64,000 nucleotides of DNA from Tubiluchus corallicola. Taxonomy: Eukaryota > Animalia > Priapulida. Position 1 is the first letter of the stretch; the number at the start of each line of letters is the position of its first letter. The translations under genes were made by a program, and so were the position numbers. The stretch spans positions 496,001-560,000 of the forward strand of contig JAQGDQ010000070.1 of the NCBI GenBank assembly GCA_030141605.1, given 5' to 3'. Positions 1 through 15,035 of the stretch are shown piece by piece. The notes beneath the pieces were generated by a model that saw only the letters and a program-made list of their open reading frames with translations, was not told the origin of the DNA and did not search any database.

Positions 1-2434
1 TCACAATGTGTCTTCTTACTAAGTTATTACCCGGCTATAAAGTAGTTAATACTTTAGTTTCTCGTAGTAAATATTTTAGTTTCTTGTCTAGAGAAAAATT
101 TCGTTTTCTTTTCACTGGTATCACAATTACAATTGCGGATTTTTTGTCGCATTCTCCCTAGCCTTACGCTTATTACATAATTTTTTAAATTAATATCTAT
201 GGTTGGGTACTAATATTAGCATGTGATACAGCTATATAGGCCTCTCGCTCATCAACTTACTGTTAGAAATACAAGAATTTTGCTTCACATTGTCACTTAC
301 AGCTACAGTTAAGGAATTATGGTTGACTCAGCATTGACTTTTTCGCATTGATCAGTGCATTAACAGAAGATGCGCCAGTATCAGAAGTTATGAATCGCAT
401 GTCATCTTCGATGCAATTTATGACTGACTCGTCAATAATGGTCGCGTGGTTTACTTGGTCAACTCTCCATTTTAAACCACGTAATTCCGAGGTCAGTTTT
501 AAGACGCTGCGTCTTTATTTAAAATTGTCATTCTATTGGTTTCCAATGGACGTCGAAATGAAATTTATGAATAATCTGTTATTGGTAATTTGAGGGTAAC
601 ACTAGTTTCTCGTATAGTGTAGAACAGTGGTCGTTATGTTGTAATTCAAATTTCTGTTTTTTGTTGGTTACTACTTTGAACCCAACTACTAATGTGCCCA
701 CGTTCCAGTAGTGTTTTAGTGACATGCATACACGTATTACATTATCAGGGTCAGTAAATTTCACATAGCCCGGAGCGATTGTCACTTTCAGGCTAATGTG
801 TGACAAAAGCTTGGTGTTTAAAATGCGTTTGTCAACAGACACAATCACAAAAGGTCTATGTAGTATGAAACATAATTAAAACATGGGAACTACGGCAGGT
901 ATTTAAAAAACATGTCAACGCGACATAATCTAAATCTTAAAAAAAACACATAGAAATGTCACGTGTTAATTTGATATCTCATTTTTGCCTCTCATATATC
1001 AATAATAAGCAGACAAAATGCAAATTAAACAGAGTGCATGATGCAACAATTTAGGGGATATGAAAAAAACAGATACGAAAGAACATGTTGAAAATCAAAT
1101 ACTCAGTAAGAATAATATGGCGGAAAAGGGATTCGCGAATGCGCTGCGTAAAAAACAGATGCCGTACAACCCAGTTCAGAATTGTTCAGTTGTGAGTGTA
1201 TTGCACATGTTCGAGGCTCATGCATGAGCCCGGTGGTAAACTTAAACTTGAGTTTCAAACTTAAAATTTGCCGAATTTTTGTATATCACACTGAGTGTTG
1301 TGCACTAGTACTATACTTTTAATGTTCACTTTTGCAAACACGTGCAACAACTTCGTGAAATGATTGTGCTGTTAAAATTTATGTTCAGTTGCGATGTCAT
1401 CACTAATTGGGCTCATCCGGAATTAATTAAGTTTTAACACATTATTGAATTAACAGAAACATTTTGACATTGCAGGTCTTAAGCTTAAAATTTTGGCATG
1501 CTTAAAAATTGGATATATATGAAAAATTATCCTGTTTTCCTTTAAGGAAATTATCGAAAGGGCCGAAGAAAATACTTAAAATTGCGTAGAGAAAATGATT
1601 GAGTCCATAATAGCACCAGATTCTGTTTTTGCTCGGACAAAAAACGCTCTTAAATAAAAAAAACTTTTACTTTCAAAGTACACTAATTCCTGTCAAGACA
1701 ATAACATTTTTGGCAGATGACAACACCAGTAATGTAGCCAGTGCTACTGACCTTAAAAATGAAACATGAATTGGAGCCTCAATCTATACTATATCATCAT
1801 TTCGTAAATTGTTATTTTACGTCAATAATTGGTGATTAATCACTGATTTGCATATAACCACGCCTTTATTTGGATTAGGTATTACAAGCCTAACTCTGTC
1901 GCTGTGGGCCATGTAGTTGCACGTTTTCGTTTATAAAGCATAATTATTACTAAGCTAATTACCGCTCAAGGCTAGGGGTCATATTCATACGCTGAAGAGA
2001 TGAATTCATACGCGCAAAAACGTTATGTCTAATGAGCGCAATTTTACGTACAGTACTTCTAATGTGAAACATGGCACACGCTAGCTTCAATAATGTACTA
2101 AAGTGAATAATTTTAGCTCAAAACGATGTCAGATTTAAAATATGAATGAGAAAAATGTCGTTTCTTAATGAATGATTTACATTTAAAAACGGTTACATCT
2201 AAAGTCTAATTCAGTTAGTTTGTCATTATCGCATGCTTTCATAACTGCCATGGATGCATAGATGGGCAACAACGTCTGCTTGTCGAAAACCCATTGTGCA
2301 AAAATAGGTGCTGTACCGGATCAGTACAGCTGCACTACCAAGCCATGATGTCACAGCAACCTCGTGAAATAATACGTTAGCCAAAACTCGAAATGTGAAA
2401 CTGTTTTGTTTTTTATTAATAGCATTTAGTGTTT

Positions 2435-2717
2435 ACGGAACTCCGTCACAGTCAAATTTGTTTTTGAAGAAAAATATAATTATCTCACTATAACGACATA
2501 GCCATCTCATTGTAACGATAATCTACTTCGTTATTACGAGATACTACGAATTATAACGAGGTCGTAAGTTGTTATAACGAGGTAATATATCGTTATAAAG
2601 AGATAACTATGTCGTTAAAACGAGGTAGTAAATCGTTAGAACGAGATAGCTATGTCATTATAACGAAATAATTCTATTTTTCTTCGAAAAACAAATTTGG
2701 CACTAACGGAGCTCTGT
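2435..2717. mobile_element. Fold-back/MITE with long imperfect terminal inverted repeats and internal TATAACGAG repeats
   Basis: Left arm acggaactccgtcacagtcaaatttgtttttgaagaaaaata matches the reverse complement of right arm tatttttcttcgaaaaacaaatttggcactaacggagctctgt over ~100 bp. Confidence 0.75.
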
Positions 2718-3739
2718 GACGAATACGAGTGCGATGTACGAATGTTTTTATTTCTATGGAACGACGAGCGTTTATGCATTATACATGCATTACCTAAATC
2801 ATTTTGAATGCAAAAATCTGGGCTTTACAGGCACAAATTTAAAGCAGTATCGCTTTTCATAGGACACTACTGTTTTATCTTACGTTGTGCCTACTCATGA
2901 ATTTTAAAGGATGGGATTTTTTTACACAAGATAATTTAAAAAACGCTTGAAAACAAAATTTAAAGTTCGACATTTTCTGGTCATTTATTAAAAATCTCCG
3001 AACCTCAAAAGGCTCATACGTCCCTGGAAGCATAGTTCAGCTCTGCCGAATTATATACATAAAATAGCAGTTACAAATGTACATTTAAACACTAGACTTA
3101 TGAGAAGCTAGGAAACAATACAACTAGCTATTTATTAATTTATTCTGTAGTCAACTTTTTGTTTCTTACTAGGATATCTAACAATTCTATGTCATTCTTT
3201 ATTTATTATCAGCTATTGTTTATGCCGCTTAAATGCTCTTGGTCAGACATTCCGAAAACGGAACAAATTTACGACCTTTCCATTTTTAAAATAGCTATTT
3301 GTATTTTAAGCTAGGATTTTGCAAGCGTTGCCTAACACTTTCTTACCATTATAAAACTGTTACGCTGTAGTCCGTATTCAGGTCAGACTTTTAGCCTATA
3401 GACCCTAAGCTTTAAGATATGAGATTTAAGATCTACAACGTCATATAAATTTCAAAAACTTTTTTACAACACTCGTGTTTGCACCTTCATTTTCCGTAAC
3501 GTGAAAATTGTAAGTTTAAGTCTGATTGCAGACAACGGGAAACAGTACAAAACAGTCAATCACTTTAACTCAAATATCAGATCGAAAGTTATTTTAATAC
3601 CCAATGATCTTTTTTGACATCTCAAGTTTGGTAACTGTTTTGCAAAATTGCAATTCTGAACCTAAAAAATAATAGGACAGTGATGAGATATTTTTTACCA
3701 TCGACGAAGAGGGTAGCTCTGACTTTTTGACTGTGTTAG

Positions 3740-4110
3740 AAGTGGTAGTAGTAATAGCACTGGTAATGGTATTGGTAGGGGCAATGACACTGGTAGTTTT
3801 AGTGGTAGTTGTAGTAGCAATGACAGTGATTGTTTTAGAGGTAGTGGTAGCGGTAGTGATAGTGATAGTGATAGTGGTAGTGGTAGTGGTAGTGGTAGTG
3901 GTAGTGGTAGTGGTAGTGGTAGTGGTAGTGGTAGTGGTAGTGGTAGTGGTAGTGGTAGTGGTAGTGGTAGTGGTAGTGGTAGGGGCAACGGGACTGGTAA
4001 TAGTAGTGGCAGTGGCAGTAATAGGTTTACTGGTCATGGTCGTGGTAATGATAGTGGCTGCTGTAACGGCAATGGTAATGAATGTCACAGTGATAGTGAT
4101 AATGATATTG
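3740..4110. repeat. (GTAGTG)n hexanucleotide microsatellite with degenerate flanks
   Basis: Direct reading; explains the poly-T, poly-V and PL ORFs. Confidence 0.95.
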
Positions 4111-4344
4111 AGTACATAAATCGGTCAAAAACTGCTGTTTCAAAGACTCTCTCTCTCTCTCTCTTAAACGTGAACTCCTCTTGCACAGCCTTTGGTGTGA
4201 ATAGGATATTTGTCATACAAAATATTTATAATTTTAAACACTGTGATATTAATAATAGGTCATAACAGGTTACCGGTTTATTTCAAGAGGAATTAGGCTG
4301 TTCTGTTTTATTTCTGTAAAACATGCTGATCTCGTTAAACACAA

Positions 4345-4456
4345 TGTAGTAGCACTGGTAGTAGTAGCACCAACAGGAGAAGCAGCAGCAGCAGTAGCAC
4401 CAGCAGCAGCCGCTGCAGCCGCAGTAGTAGTAGTAGTTGTTGTAGGAGTTGCTGCT

Positions 4457-4488
<32 letters not shown>

Positions 4489-4519
4489 TGTTGTTGCTGT
4501 TGTTGTTGTTTTTTGGTTT

Positions 4520-4569
<50 letters not shown>

Positions 4570-4635
4570 GCTGCTGCTGCTGCTGCTGCGGTTGCTGCTG
4601 TTGCTGCTGTTGTTGTTGTTGTTGTTGCTGCTGCA
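4345..4635. repeat. Compound trinucleotide microsatellite (GTA/GCA/GCT/GTT)n
   Basis: Direct reading; source of the poly-Q, poly-C and poly-L ORFs. Confidence 0.95.
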
Positions 4636-5349
4636 ATATCAATATTGTTGAGTTTTATTAGATAGGTGATTACAATAGTCCACTGCAAAATTGTGCGCCG
4701 CTACAGTGTGAATATGCTATCGCGTTCATTTCTGCACATTCGTGAATGTAAGCAAATTAAACGGGCAGAGACTACAGTGTTGCTGTTGTTCAGATTTGTA
4801 GGACAGATGATTTTACCATGCTACACTACAACAGGTGTTTTACGCTACAACTACACACTCTCACTTTCAGGCGCACGCTGGGATTCACTAATCATCATTG
4901 GAACTAATTTCAATGGCACGAAATGAAAAGCTTACAGAACGCAGGGGAGGGAGAAGGAGGCGAATTCTCACTATAATAATCGTGATTGTTGTTATTACTT
5001 ACGACGCTTCCTGTTTGCGCTGTAATAATGCAGAAATAGTCAAGTAGAAATAGCCTACTAAATAGAAATAGTCAAGCACTTTTCATTCTTAAAAGCTTCT
5101 GCCGATTAGCCCAGAAACTGTGTTAGACTTAGCTGTTGTCTACCAAGATATCTATTGTGAGTTTTTAAATACGGAAGGGCATGATTGCGTCTTACGAACG
5201 ACATAAAAACGACATAAAATGTTGTATGTCACGGGCGCATATAACTACGTACTATAATAATTATTTATATGTGTGTATGTATGCATCGATGTTTTATGTA
5301 AACTATTGGTCATCATCCGTCAATATTTAACATTTCCATGGACCGCCGA

Positions 5350-5755
5350 AGTGAAATTTAAAGCTTATTTTAAATATTTATAAAACTTTTATGAACATTT
5401 ATAAATCAATTTTGAATATTCATACTTCATTTTTAAGTGCACTAAATCACTTTGAATATCTATAATTCATTTTAATATTAACAAATCAATTATGAATATG
5501 CATAATTCATTCTTGAATATTCATAGATCAGTTACAAATATAAATATAACAACTTTAATATTAATTAATCATTTTTAAATATTAGTAAACCATTGTTTAA
5601 CAGTAATAAATCACGCATTTACTAATCTTGATAAAATTATTAATTATTTAAGATTTATCATCATCATCGTCAGCAATATCATCAAATCATTTACGAACAT
5701 TCAAAAATGATTTATAAATATTCAACATATTCATAAATAGCTTCAATTTTGAATG
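5350..5755. mobile_element. Degenerate fold-back element built of ~22-bp AATATTCATAAATCA-type repeats
   Basis: Recurring gaatattcataaatcattt-like units; the two ends are weak inverted copies. Confidence 0.45.
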
Positions 5756-5800
5756 TTATGCAATTTCACAATCAATTGCAAGCCGCACATTTACGCACAC

Positions 5801-6182
5801 AAAAATGACAACCAGCACCAACTTAAGAAAAGACTTTGTTCTTATTCAAATACAACATCTGCAACGTTTCGACATGGTTACATGTCAGGTTCACGCAGTC
5901 ATGTAACTTAAACTGTAACTTAACTCACTGTATTTTTCTGTATTTTGGCTTTTGTATAACAGTGCAATATGTCAATATGCAATACAATACAATACTTGAT
6001 ATGTAAGTTTGTTACACGTATTTAGTTTTGTTTTGTGTCCAAGTCACAGTGTTAATTTGATTTTTGTATATATTTAGGTGATTGTTGCGTTAACATGACA
6101 AGTAACAATGTCGAAACGTTGCAGATGTTGTATCTGAATAAATCCACCTTTTTTTCTTAAGTGGGTGCTGGCTGTCATTTTT
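5801..6182. repeat. ~100-bp inverted repeat pair resembling Penelope-like element termini
   Basis: 5801-5900 (aaaaatgacaaccagcacc...tacaacatctgcaacgtttcgacatggtta) is the reverse complement of 6080-6182 (caatgtcgaaacgttgcagatgttgta...ggtgctggctgtcattttt). Confidence 0.7.
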
Positions 6183-8186
6183 ATTTTAAGAGTTCGTTTT
6201 GCTCATCACGAATCTGTAAAAATCTTCGTAAAAAGATGGTCATTGGCGCTCATAACTACTGTTACGGCTTGACAAATTCTTTTTGATGCTGTAGAATGTG
6301 ATTAAGGCATATTTGTGTAACGTGATTAAGATATATAGGAAATTTGTTTTTTTTGACAGCGTTGAAGCAGTTAATAATTATATATGCCGCACTGCAGAAT
6401 CAGCTTTGTAATATGAATAAATATTTTTCAGACAATATTGACAATTTACTCAGATCGCACAAACCTTTGTAATGCTTATAAAAACTTCTAGTTTTACATA
6501 CATTTTCTACAGCGAACATATGCATAGCCACCATTTACAGTAATCACATAAATAATACATATATAATTATCGAGCCATTAATTGTTGAATACAGCGATAT
6601 AAATTGCAATGGATTTACAAATTTTGCGATCATTCGTTCCATGCAAGCCGTCAAGCACCCCCAAATCGGGACTGTTCTTTATGTTTGATGGGAGTGGGTC
6701 TAGCTGGATCCATAGCAGGATTAGAATGCCCAAAAAGAACATACACATGCACAGGAAAAGTGGTTATACGTGGTTCCAATTAACACGGGTTACTTGACCC
6801 CTGTGCTTTCAATTTTATTTCCTTCTGCAAAAAGAGGCGGCAAATCTATGTCCGCTCCAGGTACCCTTGCTGTTTCAAGAAGTCTGATAACCTCTCCGTC
6901 ATGGAAAAGTCTCATTGAACAACGTAAAAATACATGGAACATGCCATTTTAATCAATTTAAAATTAAATAGGGCTTTACAGATATTGTGGTACAACATAT
7001 GAATACGATATTGGTATTCATTTGGTACAACATTTGGAAATTTTTACACACTTTTGCTCTTCATGATGTATCATTCAGTAAACATTTTAAGAAATAATTA
7101 ATTAAATAACTCTAATTAATTAGTGACTTAATTGCTACAAGTTTTGTTTCGAAAAGAAGGGTATACTAGCTAATCATCCTTCCAAATTTCAACTCAACTG
7201 AATAAGTATTTTTGGAGTTGAAAAAAGAGTGACGGATACATTGAGATAAAGAGTGACTAAGCCAGATTTTTCTAGGACCCACACTGATGTTCGGGAACTT
7301 TTGTAATTCCTTATCTAAGTGATAGGCTAACCCTTTTAAAAATTTTCGACAAATATTTGCACTTCCAGAGTGCGAACTTAGACCGCTTAACTGCAACTCT
7401 ATGAATCCAATAATCTCTGGCATGCATTAAGCTCCGTTTGGGAAATTCCGTTCTTATTGCAAAATCAAATCAAGTCATATTTGTTATGAATAAATTACAA
7501 TTCATACCAATAATTAAACTTGAAAACTAATCACACTAAAGGAAAAAACATGAATATTTTCCATGTGAGCAATAAAAATGATGACTTGTGAGCAGTAAAA
7601 ATAATGAGCACCAATATTTTGACGTCTTGTTGCATCATAAATTTCGAAGTCTGGCCAGGGAGTATACGCCAGAGTAATTAGCCTTATTTATATGTTATAA
7701 TTTTGGTTCTACCGCAGCAAAACTAGCATTTATTGGTGCAGATAACATACGCGATGCTGTAATGCTACGTGATATAGATCTACTCTCACTTTTAAGCAAT
7801 ACCTCTGTAAGTAGGCGTTTAATGGCTGCGTTTTGGCTATGGTAATTACACTTTCACTTAAGAAGCAAGGGTGTTTGCTAAGCTTACAAAGAAACAGAGA
7901 GCATCAACTAACAGTCTGACATGTAGTGATTATGAAACATGTTTGAGAACATCAGACTTCCGTCTTTTTCGCTCCCTTCAGTCCAGGAAAAAGATTCCTG
8001 ACCCCGGGTTCTTCAAACAGAGTAACATAGAAGAGCTGACCACAGCCTTTTGTTGTGTAGGTTAAGCTTGTTGTTATCTCTACAAATATTACTTCATTGA
8101 CCTGATCCACGCCGGGGGATGGTAACGAGATTTGCTGCCATCTCTGATCTACAGTTTAGGTTACCAGACGGACGGGCCACTGACCC

Positions 8187-8209
8187 GATGATGATAATGT
8201 TGTTGTTGT

Positions 8210-8281
<72 letters not shown>

Positions 8282-8300
8282 CGACGACGACGATGATGAT
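8187..8300. repeat. (GAT)n microsatellite
   Basis: Direct reading; source of the poly-M and poly-I ORFs. Confidence 0.95.
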
Positions 8301-9799
8301 TATTACAACTATGCCGCTTCTTATGTAATTATTGTTGTTCATTTTTTAGTTTTTGTTATCCTGTTCTTTTTCTTACTGGTAGAACTGGTATTGTTGCTAA
8401 CGTTGCTATTGCTTTTATTGCCGTCCTACTCGCTGTTACTGTCGGCTTCGTCATGGTGATTGTTGCTCATTTCGTGGCATCATTGCTACTGTTGATTATA
8501 TTGTTGTTGCCGATGACGATGATAAAGGTGATGACTTTGGTGATACCGAGTATGACAATGATGACGAGAACAATGGTGATATTGGTCGTGATGATAGTGA
8601 CATAAAGACAAATATAGTGATGATTATTCAGATGATAATAACAACAAAAATGGCGACAAGAACTTTGGCAATGTGGATTACTAGAAATCGGCAATACAGT
8701 TACTGAACTACGTGAGTAGTTTGAAGGGAGGCGGTCAAAAATGGGGCTGAAATAACTGTGAGGTGAAAAATATTGATCAAAATTAAGGTGAGCGGCTGAA
8801 AACTTTAAAATCAAAACCTCGCTGAACCAGAGCTGACCGACGTCAATACGTCTATTTACAACCAGCATCAATTAGGAAGGGCTAAGGGCTTGTAATGTGC
8901 CCGCCGTAGCCGGTCGCCTGGATTATAAATGAGACTAGATTGTGTTGCTACATTTCACAATAACGCCATATAACATGTTTAGCACATAAAAATTTAATTC
9001 TCACTTTTTGTAGTTACTAATTAACAGCCTGTATAGGATAGGACGAAATATTTCCTCAATTGTTTTCTTTTTGTCTTTTTAATGTCACAAATTGTGAAGT
9101 AGATTATAAATGTGTTTCAATAATTGTAATAGAGCCATTTTAACGTGCCAGATTTTCCAAACTCATGCAATTGATTTCGTTTTCATTTTTTCTGGCTGGG
9201 GGCCTCATATAAGAACATTTTCAGTACAAGTAAATGTTACAGTATAATAATCATTATCTTTATCGATAACGTTGTCACCATCATTGTCATTGTCTTTATC
9301 ATTACCATTACCATTATCATTTTAAGTGGCTAAAATGTCACACACTTTAGCTATCAGTTTGCTAATTGGAAATTTTATGTAAACATTATGTTTTTGTGCA
9401 ACTAAAAACATTATTAACTGTGTAAAAATGGTAACTGAATATGAAAATCAATTATGTCCATATATTTCAGTACAACAAAAAGCACACTTTCATTCAACTA
9501 TTTACAGTATATTTTCAATAATACCTATAGATGTAACATAAACTTTTGCTAATGGGCTAAGGGGTAAGCAAAAGCATCGAGGAGCGAAGAAAAATCATTA
9601 AATTTTTGTTCTTGATTGTTAATCATAATAATAAATTATATCAAGTGGTGTGGTGCAAAAAAAATTGTCGAAGTTTTGATCACGATATTACAAGAAGAAT
9701 ATAACAGAATCGCTTATGTATACAGACGATTATGTATAAGCAGAAAAAAATTTAGATCATTTTCGCAGATTTTTCCAAAAATACATGAGTTGTAAAACA

Positions 9800-11041
<1,242 letters not shown>

Positions 11042-12188
11042 GGATGTTTTGGTAACAGTCACTGGTAGTTGTGTTTCAACGGGATTTCCCATAAAATTAT
11101 GATATAATAGGTTATAATGTGTTTTCTGGTCAGTTACTTAGATATGCCAGGTTAAGTTCAAGTAAGGAGGGGTTTTTGGTTAGGGCAGCTAGGTTGTATT
11201 AAATTATGTCAAATGGGGGTTACTTTACGACGAATCTTCTTCAATCTCATGAAAATGTTTTTAAAAGTTGCCGTTTTCTTAAACAAGTGGCTGTTGCCTT
11301 GATATGATTTTGGTGATGGGAAACTTGTCTAGCACTTTTTCGCTTTGTGGTCATGTTGTAGAGCCCCTTCTTTTTTGTCATTGTTGTAGTTGGTTTACGT
11401 TAATGGTCTGTGTGTGCTTTATATTATGTGTTATGTCTGTAGTTATCACTTTAACATGTAAGGTTGGGCAGTCAATGTGATTGGGTCCCTGTCAGGAGAG
11501 TTTGAAGACATTGAGCAGTAACCAAATTCTGAATCTTTCCTGATGACACACCTAATGACCCTTTTCTTTTGGTGGTAATTTTGTATGTGCGTGCCATTGT
11601 AGATTGTATGATTTGTAGTTGATTGTCTTTTTTGTTGTCGTCTTTGTGTGATATTGATGTCATTTGAGTTTAATTACAGCTTATTATGCAGGGTTCGAAA
11701 ACTACTGTTTGATCTATGTCACGCTTCTGTCGACCATAATCTCCGCATTTTTTTTATGTAAGATATCCCCTCTTGCTGGTTGTCAGGGCGATTAAGCCAG
11801 CGCGAGTGTCTTCAGAATTGAAAGTAAAATAATGGCAGAAAGGAAGAACTTTGTTTTATTATAGCAGGATAAATATGTGAAAAGATAACTGAATCATGAA
11901 AATGATGTAACTTTGTTTAATTTTTAGCTTAATTAAAGTTTCTTCAACAATACCTATTTGCGCTTCTGTCTATTTGAAACAATCGAGTATAAACTTGCTA
12001 GTGAATTGGTAACTAGCCAGTCAGTACTGAGTAGGGGGCTACAGACTACAGAGTACGCTTAGTAGTGCATTATACAAAGCGTTCGTGCTTGCTGGATTTC
12101 CATATATACCGTCTCTTCGTGTACCGTAGCGCCGTGTTCGCCTTGCGATGTACTGTTTTGTGATATATGAGGTGCTACGTGGCACCAG

Positions 12189-13019
12189 CAAAGCTGGCAG
12201 TACGGTACGGTGCGAAATTACGGTACATTATTTTTAGACGGTACTGTATTTCTTCGTACCTTTTCCGTACCACTTGTATTCTGTTGGTCAGCAACTCGGT
12301 GTAACGACTTGTTTTGCTGGTGTTGGACTTATTGTACTCCCCCAATTAACACGGAACACACACAAATAAAACCGCTAAATAGTTCCCTTTGAGTGCAAAA
12401 GCCACAAGTTGTTTGGAATTGCCGATTGTCATTTCCCATAAATTACGTTTATTGTTGTTTACAGATCGCTTTCAAATCTTTTCATCAATTCATGTGTTCA
12501 TTGCTGTTTTAATGGCTAATTCCTGCTATTGTGTAGCAATTTACTGCACATCTCAAGCTATGCAGATTCTGTTGAAACAAGAGCATTTCAAAATGTATGA
12601 CGTTAGTGAGGAATGTTCAGAACTTTGGCGATCTGTGCAAAACAGTAACTTTTTATTTTCACATTAAATATTAAGCAACTGCTGTTTTTTAATGTCATTT
12701 GTCATTATCAGTAGAATTTTTTTGTATATAATATATATAGCATAGCTTGTATTGTATAGCTTTTGTAATCTAAAATAATTAATATGAAGTTCAAACAGTA
12801 GTTCTGTCTTGTACCATGCATAAATTCATAATAAGAATTGATAAATTTATCATTTTACAATTAATTTCAATGCCACTCCTATAGTAGATCCAACATGCAC
12901 TAGGTGCGAAATTATGGTACGATATTTTATCATACTAGTATCGTATGGAGTTATGGTACAGTATTTTTAAAAGGTATGAAGCACGGTATTTTTTGTACCA
13001 TACCCTACTGCCAGCCTTG
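12189..13019. mobile_element. Non-autonomous hAT-like element
   Basis: TIR caaagctggcagtacggtacggt versus accataccctactgccagccttg; subterminal GGTAC repeats; flanks ggcaccag/ggtgtcaa may be a decayed 8-bp TSD. Confidence 0.6.
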
Positions 13020-14784
13020 GGTGTCAAAGAACATGGCAAGACAGTATACAGTGAGGCCTGAATCGTCAAGTTGAGGTTGGCCGGTATTGCAACAAGGAGG
13101 CAGTAAGTGCAAATGGCCGGCTCTATGTAGGCGATTTGTAATTTATTTGCCAAATTTAAGTGCATTTTATATTTTCTTTTTGTAATACGTGTTGTACATG
13201 TTGTGTGTTGTAAATTTTTATATGGACATTGATCCAAATAGAGATGTAAATCAATCAATCTAGACCCTAGGCAGAAGTATTTTTAATGCACCTTCCTCAA
13301 TGATCAACCCCTTTCCCCATCAAACACCCTAAAAATTTAATTTTTTGGTATAATATTAAATAGTAAAGTATAACCTGTATGTTAGCCCTATACAAGTGTA
13401 CATGTATTATAGTGTACTAATTAAGTCTAGTTAATATTACTTAACAAGCTTGTGTTGATTAAATTTGAAATTGAATTTATGACCCTATTGTGTGTCCTGG
13501 GTTTGTATATAGAAGTAGTCAAATTTCTGCAATTTATGCTGCTCTCGCTAGCTTTTTGTTTAGCCTTTTCAACAGAAAACTTTTGAAACATAACTTCTTT
13601 TTTCATCCATTTCACTAGCTTTGCCATCTACACGGTCATATAACTCTTGTCTGGTTGCAAATATTTCGTTAGAGATTCTTTTTGCTGTTCAATGTCAGCC
13701 AGATTTTTATCTTTTGTTTCCTATATTCTGCTCCTGAAAAAATTGATTCTTATAGCTAGGTTTATCTGCCATTATTATTATATAAATGCTATGGTAAAAC
13801 ACTTTATTAACGGAAAGATCATTACTGTAAGCACTTTCTTATTCTGCAGCTCTTCGAACATACAATATAGAAACTGGAGGTAAAAATCAGAGAACACGTC
13901 GGTATAATGTCTGAGTGAATTGACTTAATCTTGGAAACCAAAGCAAAAATAGAAAGTGTTTTGCTGCAGGAAGACAGTGAGCATTTATGGATCATACAGT
14001 TTGACAGGAAAATAATGTAAGTAGTCAGTTTCAAGTGCTGTGCACTTGAGCAATTATGCATACATTACGTTATGCTAACTGAAAAGTATTACTTTCAGAA
14101 TTTGACGCTCCCCAGAATTTGGCACCCTAAGCAATTGCCTAGTTTGCCTAGTGGTGGAGCTGACCCTGCAAGGATACAGCCATGTTTTACTCTTGGCTCG
14201 GGTTGCTGTTTTGTATGGCCATTGTATTCGAAGCAAAAAAGTATCGTATTTTTAACCCGATTTAATTATATTAGTCAGTTTATCGGCTGAGTAGTGATGC
14301 TGTGTATACCAATTATCGAGAACATACGTTTATACCTTACAAAAAAAAGACAATGAGATAATCGACAATTATACGTTAATTCAATAATGTGAAACAAAAA
14401 ACTAAAAACCTACTAGCTAGTATGAAATAAACAAACTTTGATTTCAACTGATTTTAAATATTCCACGATTCAGCTTTAAACATTCACAAAGTTTTAAAAA
14501 AATTCCTCCATCCATCCTAACGTCGTTTGAACTCATGAGGTAAGGCAGAAACATTTTTATGGCTGGCTCAATAAAAAGTGTTTTTTATTTTCTTACATAA
14601 AAAGCTGTTGCTGAGTGACATCTGTATCTATTAAAATCTGCAAAAAGACATGTTTGAACATAATGGAGCGTCACTTGTACCTTACACACTTGCAGCTGAG
14701 CTATGATGGGTAGCTCCTCTTTGAGCATGCCCCGTACTTGCTGACTTGCAATTGTATTAACTTATATAATCAGAATCTACCTTG

Positions 14785-15035
14785 TGACGCGTTTAGACAT
14801 AGAGATTTCTCTCGCAACTTGTTGCGCAGCTTCTCTCTGAGAGTAAAGGCGCACATGTGAACATCTTGGCAACTTCTCTCGCAACGTATTGCAAACTCAG
14901 CGAGAGTTGCTGAGAGTTACCGTGCGAAATAAGTTGCAAGAGAAATTGCCAAGCCGTTCACACGTGCACCTTTACTCTCAGAGAGAAGTTGCGCAACAAG
15001 TTACGAGAGAAGTCTCTATATATGAAGTCAGCTCA
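14785..15035. mobile_element. Palindromic MITE (Harbinger/Tourist-like)
   Basis: Arms atagagatttctctcgcaacttgttgcgcagcttctctctgagagtaaagg and cctttactctcagagagaagttgcgcaacaagttacgagagaagtctctat are near-perfect inverted copies. Confidence 0.8.

Noticed and set aside
3594-4688. Poly-T, V, Q, C, L and PL ORFs
   Set aside because: Reading frames through stop-free microsatellites, open on both strands, with no unique coding context.
8094-8342. Poly-M and poly-I ORFs
   Set aside because: (GAT)n microsatellite artefact.
13100-14167. Possible additional hAT MITE ending ...gctgaccctg
   Set aside because: The right end looks hAT-like, but the left TIR and TSD could not be fixed with confidence.
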